A DNA stretch of 64,000 bases, taken from Octopus vulgaris (Eukaryota). Positions within the stretch are counted from its first letter, which is position 1; each line of letters opens with the position of its first letter. A program made the position numbers and the translations under genes. The notes beneath the pieces were generated by a model. It was not told where the DNA came from, did not search any database, and was given only the letters and a program-made list of their open reading frames with translations. Shown here in pieces: positions 1 to 11,678 of the stretch. The stretch is from positions 60,760,001 to 60,824,000 of the forward strand of contig OX597818.1 of NCBI GenBank assembly GCA_951406725.2. The letters run 5' to 3'.

Positions 1-559
1 GCATGAACGGGAAGTATTAGATGCAGATGGTTGAAAGCCTTATACAATAACGTTGCAACTACATCAAAAGGTTTTTGTATGCTTAATGTGTATATTCAAC
101 GATATTTTTTTGTATTTTATCACATATAAAAATATAAAATTATTTCATTTATTTCATTGATTGCTTGAAAATCAGTAAACCATGAAACTAATAGTTGCAA
201 TCGATGTAATTTCAGCTTAAAATATAATTTATAATCCATTCTACATCCTTCTGCCGAGTGTTTTTTTCTATCCATGGATTGTTTGCACTGTTGTGTATCT
301 CCTTCCTACGTTGCTCCTGGATGTTGCGCCCTTTTCATATACGCAGGGATTCTGCTGAACATTGAATCAATATCCGTTGGAATTTTTTAACAAAATCGTT
401 TCAGCAAAATAAAACAATTTATAAAATGACCATTACGAAACGTAAAGAATTTCTGGGAATTGCGTTGAAAAACGTTTTGCTTTGAGAAATATGACCCTTG
501 CCTGCCTACGTGTAACTAGTTCGGTTTTAACCTTGAAAAATGTCTACTAAGACACAAGC

Positions 560-2275
560 GATTATGACCTTTCAAATCGAAGCTTTATATACCTGATTTA
601 AAGGATGAAATTCGAAAATTTAGCCTACAACTTTCAGCAGAATTTAAATGAGAATTTAACGACAAACCAGTAAATATTTATGAAAAATTTTGTCATCTCT
701 GAACAGCGGTAAAATTTATATGAAAATCAGAATAAAAGCTAAGATGTAATGATAATACGGATACTATAAAATTATCATTAGAATGCAAATTCATTAATCT
801 GAAACCAAATAAAACTCTACAGATTTAGATGTACAAGACAGCAAAATTTTAGCTCAACGCAAATGTTATATTCAATCTAAGGACTACAATGAAAACTCTT
901 TAAACCCAACAAAAAGTGGATTAGATAAATTAAGTCAAGTTCTCTTAAATAAGTAAGTGACTAGCCCTTATTAAAAAAAAAAAACATAGTGCGGTGACAA
1001 ACTGGCAAAATTGTCAATGTCGGAAAAATGCGATGCGGTAGTTTTGTGCTCAAATCCCGCCGCGGTCAACTTTGCCTTTCATACTTCTGGAGTTGGCAGA
1101 ATAAAGTACCAGTCAAGTATTGAGGTTAATGGTATCAAATAATCTTTACCCACAAAATTTCAGGTGCAGCGCCTATGTTAGAAGCAATTAGCTACTAGGA
1201 CAACAAGAGAAGGCAACTCACGCAATTGAGTGTTACCCATGGGTTGCCAAATCGCGATTTACAAGAACACTCTATTACACTGGAAACTACATATGAATGA
1301 TGATTCAAAAACAGAGAAATCGAGTGATGGGCGACTTAGATTCTGCCGTAAGCTGTGAACTCGTAGATCTTTATATTTTGCATCTGCTGAATTATGAATT
1401 CCATCATTTGTAATATGGTCTTTATAAAAATGATATAAAAATCATCACGTGGTAATTGTCTACCCAAGAATGAAATGAGTGTCGAGACGTAATGTTTTTT
1501 TAATTAGAGACTTGAACCAAAAACAATACGGTTCAAAGAAATTCGCATATTATTATCATTTGGGATTTAACGTTTGATCTGACTTCATACAAATACCCAG
1601 GTTTTAAGAAGCCAATTAAAAGGTTACAAAGCATATTGTCTTAAATATCCGCTTATTATTGATGAATTTTGTTTGTAAACTGTTACTTAATACATCATTC
1701 GATGAATTTCCCTTCAAGAAAATAAAATAATTCTTTCCTGTAATTAATAAACACGAATCAGGTTTAGAGTCAAAATTAATTATACATGAAAATTAATTTT
1801 ATGTTTCGCAGTATGAGACAACATAAAGGAATTGTTTAGAACTGAATTCAGGAACTACGTAAGAACTCGTATTGGTAACATTTATTTCAGGTAAACGCAT
1901 GGCTGAACAATTTAAATATTTTGAATCTTTTTTACAGGGATTTTCAAATTTAGCTTAGAAATAATTTAGTCTTAGCTTAGAAATAAGAAATATCAATAGT
2001 AAATGTAATTTGGTTCCAAAGATGATATTGTGTTAATCCAAAATTCTTCTAAAAGACAATTCAATCAGAGTCAGCATTCTTTTAGATATCCTGGATTGAT
2101 GTTTGGAAATAAATCTTTATAAAATAACGATGTTAGAAACCTTAAAATTATTTCCAATATATTTGACAGGCCAATCGTTATGATCAGAATAGCAGCGGTT
2201 GTGAATTTAGCCTCTCAGAGAAAATTGATATTTTCTTTCATAAAATCTCTATTTTAATCAGTTGCTCAAGGTTTG
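560..2275 (+). pseudogene. Degenerate Penelope-like element ORF (RT plus GIY-YIG C-terminus), frameshifted and interrupted by a SINE
   Basis: 855-953 translates QRKCYIQSKDYNENSLNPTKSGLDKLSQVLLNK (cf. FITLKDHK..NP.KS.IGKISK). 1327 onward gives MGDLDSAVSCELVDLYILHLL (cf. MGSFDGAEVCELVGLYIL). 1414-1434 gives YGLYKND (cf. GLYRDD). ~1560-1615 gives DLTFDLTSYKYPGFKKP. ~2180-2235 gives YDQNSSGCEFSLSEKIDI (cf. CNLCL.EK..I). Start boundary is approximate. Confidence 0.75.
988..1190 (+). mobile_element. SINE family B (Meta-domain-like core), diverged copy
   Basis: ctggcaaaattgt...caaatcccgccgcggtcaactttgcctttcat...ataaagtaccag matches other family B copies in the window. Confidence 0.7.
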
Positions 2276-2308
2276 TCTTTTAATCGACAGAAAATAACGA
2301 TGTTGAAA

Positions 2309-3611
2309 TATTGATTTGTCAGATAAATTCGTTTGCTCTTTGTTTTCTATTTATTTTACTTTTTATTTTCCATTTTAACAATTCAATCAATAATGTCTTC
2401 TCCTTCGCTATGCCCCACGTCTTGCCGACGTTCCTTTAGCTTAACCATCCAAGCCTTGGTGGTAGAAATTCCTGTCTCGAAGAATTCATCGAACCACATT
2501 TTCAGCTCTACATCGTTGTTGAACGAAACGCCTCGCTGATTACTGGAGAGCGACCAAATAATCTGAAGGTGGTATATCATAAGAATGCGGGTAGTACGGT
2601 TGGTCTTCATGGCCGAAATCTTGAATAATATTTCTAGTTAAATTATCGACTTGGGGGCGTGCGTTGTCGTGCTGAAGAAGCACGCCGTGTAGAGTACTTT
2701 CAGCTCGATTTTCTGTCTAATGGGTAGAAGAGTCGAGTAACGGTATCATGAGATCATCACATCACCTGGGTCAATTTCCGAGTGGATTGCTGCGTATTCT
2801 GGCGGAGGAACTCGTTCGATCAATCCTCATTGAAAAGAATATGTTGACGGGAATGCAGAGTGTCTGTGATGGCGAATTTTCTCTCTTTGAAGCGTGGAAA
2901 CCATTTCTGTGCAATTCTGTCATTAACAGCGCCTTCTACACCCACAGCAAAATAATCTTGAGCGTCTTTGACGGCTTTGGGATCTTTGAATGAAAGCGAA
3001 GCGATGCAGATGTCAAAAATGTTCATTGTATTTTTTCATCTTGGAACTCCATTGTTATAACTGAAAGAAAATATATAAAATTCATGCAAAATTCAAAAGG
3101 CAGGAGAATGGAGCTCCAAAAAGAAATCTTTATATATAAAAGTAAGGTTGTGTGTCTGTCTACTCCGATTTAGATTCCTAACTACTCCCACATTTTGCGG
3201 TGCAGTTTAACCAAAACCGGGTATCTTATAGTCGTGATTCATATCGAGCCCTTCTGGGTATTAGCGCGCGTCTACGATGAGTCTACGATTTAAAAAATAA
3301 TTTACCATCATTTTTTTCCATTTTAATGCATATTTTTTTAAATATAAGGGAAGTAACTCTCCAAAAATGTCTACGATGAGTCAACGATTTAAAAAAAAAT
3401 TTACCATCATATTTTTTCCATTTTTAATGCATTTTTTTGCTATTTTTCGGCTATAACTCTCTAAAAATGCTTTATAGTTATTTCCCTTACAAACTCGAGC
3501 AACGCCGGGCGATACTGCTAGTAAAACATAAAACACTAAGATTAAAATATGTTTTCTGTTATTTCAAACAACCTTGGAATGAGACGAACGAATTTCTTGG
3601 CCAAACTAATA
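2309..3611 (-). mobile_element. Internally deleted mariner transposon relic with degenerate TIRs
   Basis: Minus-strand peptides: HTH-like AVGVEGAVNDRIAQKWFPRFKE (2820-3026), GVLLQHDNARPQ (2651-2686) and C-terminal RGVSFNNDVELKMWFDEFFE...EGEDIID (2383-2610). TIR-like ends at 2309-2336 and 3583-3611 resemble the mariner end at 53630-53662. Confidence 0.85.
3127..3521 (+). mobile_element. Non-autonomous Helitron (copy 1), inserted inside the mariner relic
   Basis: A|TCTTTATATATAAAAG 5' end, subterminal GC-rich hairpin CTCGAGCAACGCCGGG, CTAG|T 3' end, no TSD; near-identical copy at 63296-63694. Confidence 0.9.
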
Positions 3612-3981
3612 TTTTAAATCACCTAAAGCGAGAAAAATATACAGCCTCTAAATAAATTAATCTAAACTCTTAAAACTTTCTTTAGTTAACTTTCGACAAA
3701 CATTTATTTTTAATTATCTATCGAAAGACTTTTGGGTGGACGACTACAAACATTGCACAATATCTCTTTAACTGCACCGAAAGGCTTCCTATCATTAGTT
3801 TACGAATTTAAACGATGTTTAAGAGTATTTTATCCATTTATAAAGATAAGATTCTTTTATTTCTCACAATGATTGCTCGAAAAATCTACAAGTTTTGTAA
3901 AGAAAAGGAGCAATCTATGTGAAATTCCATTATAATATACAGTTTATACGCATACATACATATATATATATATACATGTAC

Positions 3982-4012
<31 letters not shown>

Positions 4013-4020
4013 ATATATGC

Positions 4021-4077
<57 letters not shown>

Positions 4078-4091
4078 CATATACATACATA

Positions 4092-4122
<31 letters not shown>

Positions 4123-4734
4123 TATATTCATATTTTTGGTGATAGACAGGCAGACAAACAGACAGATCGACAGGGGGATTTAGGATTTAAATATCGACCT
4201 AACACTAAAGTGTTTCATGTTCCTTTCAAATCATCTTCAGATTTTCTATTGATATTACAAAAATATTATGCAATATTTATATCAATCGAATTATATAAAA
4301 ATAAAATCCATTGAAGATATCGAAATATGAAAACATAAAAATGTTGCCTTAAGAAGCGCTTATGTGTAACCGGTTTACATACTTTATCAATATACGCGAA
4401 TTCTGATATTCATTTTTATAGTATGGAATAAATAATATCTACTGAGAAAGCAATCGATGGAAGATTATATGAAAGGATAGTATTATGAAAAGATAAGCAA
4501 AGAAGAAGAGGTAAAAGCAAGGTATGAATAGTTAAAGAGAGAGAGAGAGAGAGGGAGTGAGAAAGCCGCCAAGTCACATGACTTAACTTAGAGTATTTAA
4601 ACGATAAATATTTTAATGTTATTTTCGAATATTTAATCAGCAATATTTTTACGACCAATTTTATTTATGCCTCATATTATATATATATATGTGTGTGTGT
4701 ATGTGTGTGTGTGTATGAATATATCTATGTGTGT

Positions 4735-4782
<48 letters not shown>

Positions 4783-4866
4783 GTATTATATATATACATA
4801 TACATATATATTTATGTATATGTATATCAATAAATATGTATGTATATATGTATATATACATACACT

Positions 4867-4906
<40 letters not shown>

Positions 4907-5157
4907 AACTGTATAATAATATAGCATAATAATATATATTCTCCGATTTGAAGGGGCAATTTTTAAATGCAAACAAATGATCTAAAAATTATGAGCTAAC
5001 CCTAGACAGAATTGAGCCCACAAGTTAATGGTTACACGGTTCCTGGCGCATCTGATTGGGCCTAACATCAATATCAGTCATCAATTTCAGCCAAAATTAA
5101 AGAATATCTACTGAAACAAATATTATATATACCATACGTAGAATGTATGTGTAAATA

Positions 5158-5200
<43 letters not shown>

Positions 5201-5203
<3 letters not shown>

Positions 5204-5742
5204 TAATACTAAGTAATTAAGGGTTTAGCAACGAATTGCCTCACCAACACACCGAATTTAGAAATAGCAGTCAAAGAGATATAGCTATTCCTTCTACTAA
5301 AAGGGGGATCTCAGTAAAAACACAGCACTTGAAAGGCAAACACAGACAGGTAAGAAAGAAAGAATGAAATGACGGCAATCTATCATACAATTTTAAGTTA
5401 CCTACGGACGTACGTTTCGAAATCAAGTTTTAGGAAAGCATAAGAATTAGAAAATTCTACCTTACCCAAACTTCTTTTCTCATCGGCGCAGGATACTACA
5501 ATTATGAATAATTGTATATTAAATTTTGAGATACTAGAAGGCATTATCTCAACTCAGTGTCAGAGCGAGCCAAAGCATGACCAGTACCACGAAATTCAAA
5601 GTGTGAATGAAAGTTTGTGTCACCAGCCCCCTTCCACCCGCGTGTAGCCAAGACAAAATGCTGTGGTCGTTTACTGGGATAAAATATGGTTATCAGTAAC
5701 AATAAAGGGTGAAATTAATTAATTTGGAATAATTATCAATTA
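5201..5742 (-). mobile_element. PLE-type tail element abutting (TA)n and carrying an HHR-like motif
   Basis: Starts right after (TA)n at 5160-5200 and contains the HHR motif at 5408-5489. Confidence 0.55.
5408..5489 (-). ncRNA. Type I hammerhead-like motif with long stem II and variant core CCGAUGA
   Basis: Minus strand: GCG CCGAUGA GAAA-AGAAGUUUGGGUAAGGUAGAAUU-UUCU-AAUUCUUAUGCUUUCCUAAAACUUGA-UUUC GAAA CGUA|CGU. Confidence 0.6.
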
Positions 5743-5899
5743 TCCCCGTTACTTAGCGGTTCGGCAAAAGAGACCGATAGAATAAGTACTGGGCTTACAA
5801 AGAATAAGTCCCGGTGTCGATTTGCTCGACTAAAGGCGGTGCTCCAGCATGACCGCAGTCAAAATGACTGAAACAAGTAAAAGAGTAAAAGAGTAAGAG
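5743..5899 (+). mobile_element. SINE family A, 3' half
   Basis: cttagcggttcggcaaaagagaccgatagaataagtact...gtcaaaatgactgaaacaagtaaaagagtaaaagag tail shared with many copies. Confidence 0.9.
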
Positions 5900-5909
5900 T
5901 ATATATATA

Positions 5910-6090
5910 TATATATATAATATAAAATCCGTTCTGTCTGTCTGTGTGTGTGTCTTCTAGGATCTCGGGCGTCCTTCATCCGATTCCGCTCAAATTTGAT
6001 ATGTAGATACTGACGGTATCAGGGCGTGTATAAGTCTTGAAAAAATTACAAAAATCGATTCCAGGTGAGAATGCCATCGATAAAGTCGTG
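5910..6090 (+). mobile_element. Helitron-like 5' end fragment
   Basis: TATAATATAAAA...TGTCTGTCTGTGTGTG...aaatttgatatgtagat, a typical 5' organisation of animal non-autonomous Helitrons; no 3' CTAG identified. Confidence 0.4.
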
Positions 6091-6396
6091 GGACCGTGCA
6101 TTTGTATGCGCAAGTACTTCAGCTGTTGCGATGTACTTACTGGTACTTTAAACTCTTCGGTTGCATATTTGTGTGAATAAAATCGTTTTCCTTTGGAATA
6201 GAAAAAAAAGTCTCTCTTTATTTCTTCCTTTGCTGGTGTCTCAAATTTAGGTTAAATCAGTGTTTCTCAAAGGGGGGGGCCTATGGGACGGTCGGACAAG
6301 TTGTTTTGAGAACATTTGGTCTAAATGTTTGACAACTCAGCACCGTCCATTGGACGTGGGAGGCGTTTTGCTCACCTATATATATATATGTGTGTG

Positions 6397-6429
<33 letters not shown>

Positions 6430-6528
6430 GTATGTATATATATATGTATATATATATGTATATGTATATATATGTATATGTATATATATGTATATGTATA
6501 TATATATATGTATATATATATATGTATA

Positions 6529-7536
6529 TAACGGGAAGCTTTATGAAAATAGACAAAAGACGAAGGCAGGTGGAAAACAAACAAACAATTGTATTAGTAT
6601 GGCGCTCAGGAAATATAAATAAAACAAGTCTTTAACGTTTCGAGCCTACGCTCTTCAACAGAAAGATACACAGAGAGAAAAAAACACAGAAAGAAGAAGA
6701 GAAAAAAATGCGTGCAGTAACTAACGAATCAACATGGCGATCTGATTTCGGCCAGAGGTCAAAGATCAAATATGAGACGCGAGAGCGAAATAAGGGGAGA
6801 TAATAGGGTTGATAATAGGGTTGAATGACCCTAGGATAGGTCTGGACAGGCGTATGTATGGGGTTGGTGTATGTATTAGTATGTATTAGTATGTATTAGT
6901 ACTATTAGTATGTATAAGTGTGTGTGTGTGTGTATGAGAGAGTATAAGTGCGTATGAGGGGTCTGGACGTGTGTATGTATAGGGTTGGTGTATGTATTAG
7001 TATGTATTAGTACGTATTAGTATGTATTAGTTGGTGTATGTATTAGTATGGCACATCATATATGATGTGATGTGTAAAGTCGTGTGGTGTAGTGAGGAGA
7101 AGAGGGGGAGGGGGAGAAGAGGGGGAGAAGAGGGGGAGACGGGGGGAAGAGGAGAGGGGGAAGAGGAGAGGAGGAAGAGGAGAGGAGGGGGAGATAGAGG
7201 GGGGAGAATGAAGGGGAGGAAGAGGGGGAGGAAGGAGGAAAGAGAGGGAGGGGAGAGAGAAGGGGAGAGGGGGGAAGAGGGAAGAAGGAGGGAGGGGGAG
7301 GAAGGAGGAAAGAGGGGGAGGGGGAGAGAGAAGGGGAGTGAGGGGGAGTGAGGGAAGGAGGGAGGGAGAAAGAGGGAAGAAGGGAAGGGGAGTAGGGGTG
7401 AAAGGATGAAGGACTGAAGAAGTAGGGGTCGGGGGGATAGGTGAGGAGGGGGGAGAGGGGGTTAGATGAGGAGGGGGGAGAGTTGAGACCAAATGGCGTA
7501 TAAGAGCGAAGAGAGAAGATTAATTCCTGTTCACGG
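6529..7536 (-). mobile_element. 5'-truncated Penelope-like element 3' end (copy B) with HHR-bearing terminus, in TA-rich microsatellite
   Basis: Direct repeat of 7623-8656; encodes the last GIY-YIG residues (REQELIFSLRSYTPFGLN), then a polypyrimidine tract and the HHR at 6629-6666. Confidence 0.85.
6629..6666 (-). ncRNA. Minimal type I hammerhead motif, A6U core variant
   Basis: UCUUU CUGUUGA A GAGC GUAG GCUC GAAA CGUU|AAAGA; stem I UCUUU/AAAGA, stem II GAGC/GCUC, palindromic ACGU in place of stem III. Confidence 0.75.
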
Positions 7537-7622
7537 AATATATGTATATATGTATATATATATATATATGTATATATATGTATATATATATATATATGTA
7601 TATATATATGTATATATATATG

Positions 7623-8744
7623 TAACGGGAAGCTTTATGAAAATAAACAAAAGACGAAGGCAGGTGGAAAACAAACGAACAATTGTATTAGTATGGCGCT
7701 CAGGAAATATAAATAAAACAAGTCTTTAACGTTTCGAGCCTACGCTCTTCAACAGAAAGATACACAGAGAGAGAAAAACACAGAAAGAAGGAGAGAAAAA
7801 AATGCGTGCAGTAGCTAACGAATCAACATGGCGATCTGATTTCGGCCAGAGGTCAAAGATCAAACATGAGACGCGAGAGCGAAATAAGGGGAGATAATAG
7901 GGTTGATAAAAGGTTGAGGGACCAGCTAATAGTGCGTAGGAGGGGTCTGGATGTGTGTATGTATAGGGTTGGTGTATGTATTAGTATGTATAAGGGTGTA
8001 TAAGGGTGTGTGTGTGTGTGTGTATGAGAGAGTATTAGTGCGTAGGATTGGTCTGGACGTGCGTATGTATGGGGTTGGTGTATGTATTAGTATGTATTAG
8101 TACGTATTGGTATGTATAAGTGTGTGTGTGTGTGTATGAGAGAGTATAAGTGCGTATGCGGGGTCTGGACGTGTGTATGTATAGGGTTGGTGTATGTATT
8201 AGTATGTACTAGTATGTATTAGTACGTATTAGTATGTATTAGTTGGTGTGTGTATTAGTATGGCACATCATATGTGATGTGATGTGTAAAGTCATGTGGT
8301 GTAGTGAGGAGAAGAGGGGGAGGGGAAGAAGAGGGGGGAGAGAAGGGGAGGGGAAGAAGAGGGGAGGAGAGGGGGAAGAGGAGAGGATGGGGGAGGAGGG
8401 GGATGAAGGAGGAAAGAGGGAGAGGGGGAGAGAGAAGGGGAGAGAGGGAGTGAGGGAGCAGAGGGAAGGGGAAGAGGGAGGGAGAAAGAGGGAAGAAGGG
8501 AAGGGGAGTAGGGGTGAAAGGATGAAGGACTGAAGAAGTAGGGGTCGGGGGGAAAGGATAGGTGAGGAGGGGGGAGAGGGGGGTTAGATGAGGAGGGGGG
8601 AGAGTTGAGACCAAATGGCGTATAAGAGCGAAGAGAGAAGATTAATTCCTGTTCACGGCGCAAACGGGAATCCGGATGGCCTCTGTGTAAGGACAAACCG
8701 AACACAGATAGGTGTTGCAATGAGTGACCGGTGGAGCGGAAATG
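7623..8744 (-). mobile_element. 5'-truncated Penelope-like element 3' end (copy A) encoding the GIY-YIG endonuclease C-terminus
   Basis: HFRSTGHSLQHLSVFGLSLHRGHPDSRLRREQELIFSLRSYTPFGLN at ~8604-8744 matches the PLE endonuclease pattern HF...H...L.V....R...E...I..L....P.GLN; flanked by (TA)n. Confidence 0.88.
7723..7760 (-). ncRNA. Minimal type I hammerhead motif, A6U core variant
   Basis: Identical to 6629-6666. Confidence 0.75.
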
Positions 8745-8762
8745 TATATATATACATATATG

Positions 8763-8841
<79 letters not shown>

Positions 8842-8845
<4 letters not shown>

Positions 8846-9829
8846 GGTATGTAGAAAAATACAACATGGACAAGAACGTATAACTCTTAGAAGACGATAC
8901 AATAAACACGGACAGGACATTCGAAACCCTCAGTCTTCAGTCAAGAACCGGATCATCGTAGTAATTTCGGCTGATTAATCTTGAGATTACTAGATCACGG
9001 CCAGCCCTCCAAGAAAAACTAAGCAACGAGCATTAGAAAAACTAAGCTGGAAGCGTAGATTTCCTGGAAGAAGGATCGAATGCATACGAACACCAGGACA
9101 GCAAAAGGGACAGATATAAAAAAACAAAAAACAATAATGGAATACAGAAACATGAAATACAGAAGCATTAACGGTGAAAACAACAGTGTCTTACGACTGA
9201 TAACAAGCAAACAAATTTTTTCTCTGGCGCAATGGAAAAAGCCTTTATAGTGGCGGACGAAAACAGCGATGTTAACACGACGAGGGTCAGAAGCTGAAAG
9301 GCAGATTTCGGCCAACAGTCACGTGACAGAGAAGAGGGAAAAGAAAAGAAAGAGAAGCAAAGGAAGAGAGAGAGAGGAGAGAGAGAGAGGAGGGACAAAC
9401 GCAACAAAGAGAGAGAAGAGAGAGAAAGAAGGAATCAGAGAGGAGAAGGGATGGGTGTCGAAGAATGACCTGTGAGTGCAGAGCGAGACAAAGAAATAGG
9501 AGGGTAGTGGAAGACTAGACCAAAGAATCAGAGGAAAGAGAAGAGAAAAAGAGGATGAGTAGAGAGAAAAGAGAGAGAGGGGGACAGATCAAGTAAAAAT
9601 GAGAGAGAGAGAGAGAGACAAACAGAGAGTCGTACCAATTATTAAGAATATGTGCTCACATTAATGTTAAGGGGGGTACGGGGCGCCTGGAATATATGTT
9701 AAGGTATGTAGAAAAATACAACATGGACAAGAACGTATAGCTCTTAGAAGACGATACAATAAACACGGACAGGACATTCGAAACCCTCAGTCTTCAGTCA
9801 AGAACCGGATCATCGTAGTAATTTCGGCT
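8842..9829. mobile_element. Non-coding element in (TA)n with ~131-bp terminal direct repeats (PLE pseudo-LTR-like)
   Basis: 8842-8972 is near-identical to 9699-9829 (ttaaggtatgtagaaaaatacaac...gtaatttcggct); TA tracts on both sides. Confidence 0.75.
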
Positions 9830-9852
9830 ATGTATGTATATATATATATATG

Positions 9853-9910
<58 letters not shown>

Positions 9911-9911
<1 letters not shown>

Positions 9912-10043
9912 CGAGTATCAGAACAAAAACCCCTGGACACATTTTGCACACAAATATCAACTAATAATTATCTTAAATTTTATATCCCAGGGTATATTGC
10001 CTGTCGGGGTATTTGTCCGGGGCGGGATTCTGTCCTAATACCG
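9911..10043. mobile_element. Small MITE-like element with imperfect terminal inverted repeats
   Basis: 5' cgagtatcagaacaaaaacccc versus reverse complement of the 3' end, cggtattaggacagaatccc. Confidence 0.5.
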
Positions 10044-10589
10044 TTTGATTCCAACATGAATTGCATTGTAATGACATTTTTCAAAAACAAAAAAAGATCC
10101 ATAGAAAAATCACGTAAGTGCCACCGGTTTTAATTAGTATGCGTTAATTTAATTATAACAGATTCAGTAACATAGAATAAAGCTCAATGAATTCGGTCGG
10201 CTTTTATGGCTAACGATTCTGCCAGCTTGCTACCTTCGTGCTGTATCAGATAATAATATTTATCTATATACTATGCTAATAATGTTAAGTACTTCGTATT
10301 TTTATTGATATAAATATGGAAAATTATATATTTAATGATTTCTAATAAGTATTATGTTAAGTCTAATTAAATAATAATTCCTTAATAAGTCTGTATTTAA
10401 TTTATAAACAATAATATAAATGGATAATTAGTAAAGTGTTGTACATTAAACATTATGATATGATTATCTCAAGGTCTTTAACTAACGGTTAAATATTCCA
10501 ACCATGAATGACGTCTGATGACATATCGGAACTCTGTTATTCTTTTTATTCTTCCTTGCGCTCATTCTGTCTCGTTTACAACTTTCTTG

Positions 10590-10805
10590 TTTTTAACTTC
10601 CATCTGTCGCTGAATTCTGGTCATGCTGGGGCACCACATTAAAGGATATTAATCGAACAGATCGATCCCACTAATATTTTAAGTCGATATTTACTCTATC
10701 GGTTGCTGCTTTTGTTTTTCTTGTTTGCGAAACCGTGAAGTTTTGGGGACGTAAACAAACGAACTCTTGTTGCGAAGCCGTGGTAGCTAAGAAACACAGA
10801 TACAA

Positions 10806-10848
<43 letters not shown>

Positions 10849-11010
10849 TACAGCGGGTTCCAGTACAGTTTCCGACTACCAAATTCCCAGACAAAGCCTT
10901 TGTCGACCTGGAACTGTTGTAGAAGAGACTGGACCAAAGAGCTACGCAATGGGCCTGAACCTGAAACCATTGGGCTGCAAAGCGGATGTCTTATCCACAC
11001 ACCTATGTCC
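10590..11010 (-). mobile_element. SINE family A, old diverged copy
   Basis: catgctggggcaccac...(CA)n...cagtttccgactaccaaattc...ccacacacctatg is collinear with minus-strand family A copies. Confidence 0.65.
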
Positions 11011-11075
11011 ATTCCTATCCTTTCTTAATTTTTCATAAATACTTCTTTCGATTTCTTTCTTATTAGATATTTATT

Positions 11076-11678
11076 TCTATTTCTTTACTACCCACAAGGG
11101 GATAAACACGGAGAGGACAAACAAGGACAGACAAACGGATCAAGTCTATTATATCGACCCCAGTGCGTAACTGGTCCTTAATTTATCGACCCCGAAAGTA
11201 TGAAAGGCAAAGTCGACCTCGGCGGAATTTGAACTCAGAACGTAGCGGCAGACGAAATACCTATTTCTTTACTACCCACAAGGGGCTAGACACACAGAGG
11301 ACAAACAAGGACAGACAAACGGATTAAGTCGATTACTTCAACCCCAATACGCAACTGGTACTTAATTTATCGACCTCGAAAGGATGAAAGGCAAAATCAA
11401 CCTCGGCGGAATTTGAACTCAGAATGTAGCGGCAGACGAAATACCTATTTCTTTACTACCCACAAGGGGCTAAACACAGAGAGGACAAACAAGGAAAGAA
11501 AAAGGGATTAAGTCGATTACATCGGCCCCAGTGCGTAACTGGTACTTAATTTAATCGACCCCGAAAGGATGAAAGGCAAAGTCGACGTCGGCGGAATTTG
11601 AACTCAGAACGTAACGTCAGACGAAATATGGGTAAGCATTTCGTCGAGCGTGCTAACGTTTCTGCCAGCACGCCGCCT
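11076..11678 (-). mobile_element. SINE family B: one head plus three tandem ~184-bp 3' units
   Basis: Units start near 11076, 11261 and 11444 (ctatttctttactacccacaagggg...gaaaggcaaagtcgacctcggcggaatttgaactcagaac); head ctgccagcacgccgcc ends near 11677. Confidence 0.9.

Noticed and set aside
6258-6375. CAGTGTTTCTCAAA, a hAT/Charlie-like terminus
   Set aside because: No matching opposite terminus or 8-bp TSD found
7031-8614. Gly/Glu/Arg-rich and Pro/Ser/Leu-rich ORFs
   Set aside because: Low-complexity purine tract of the PLE 3' region; only the GIY-YIG portion at ~8604-8744 is credible coding sequence
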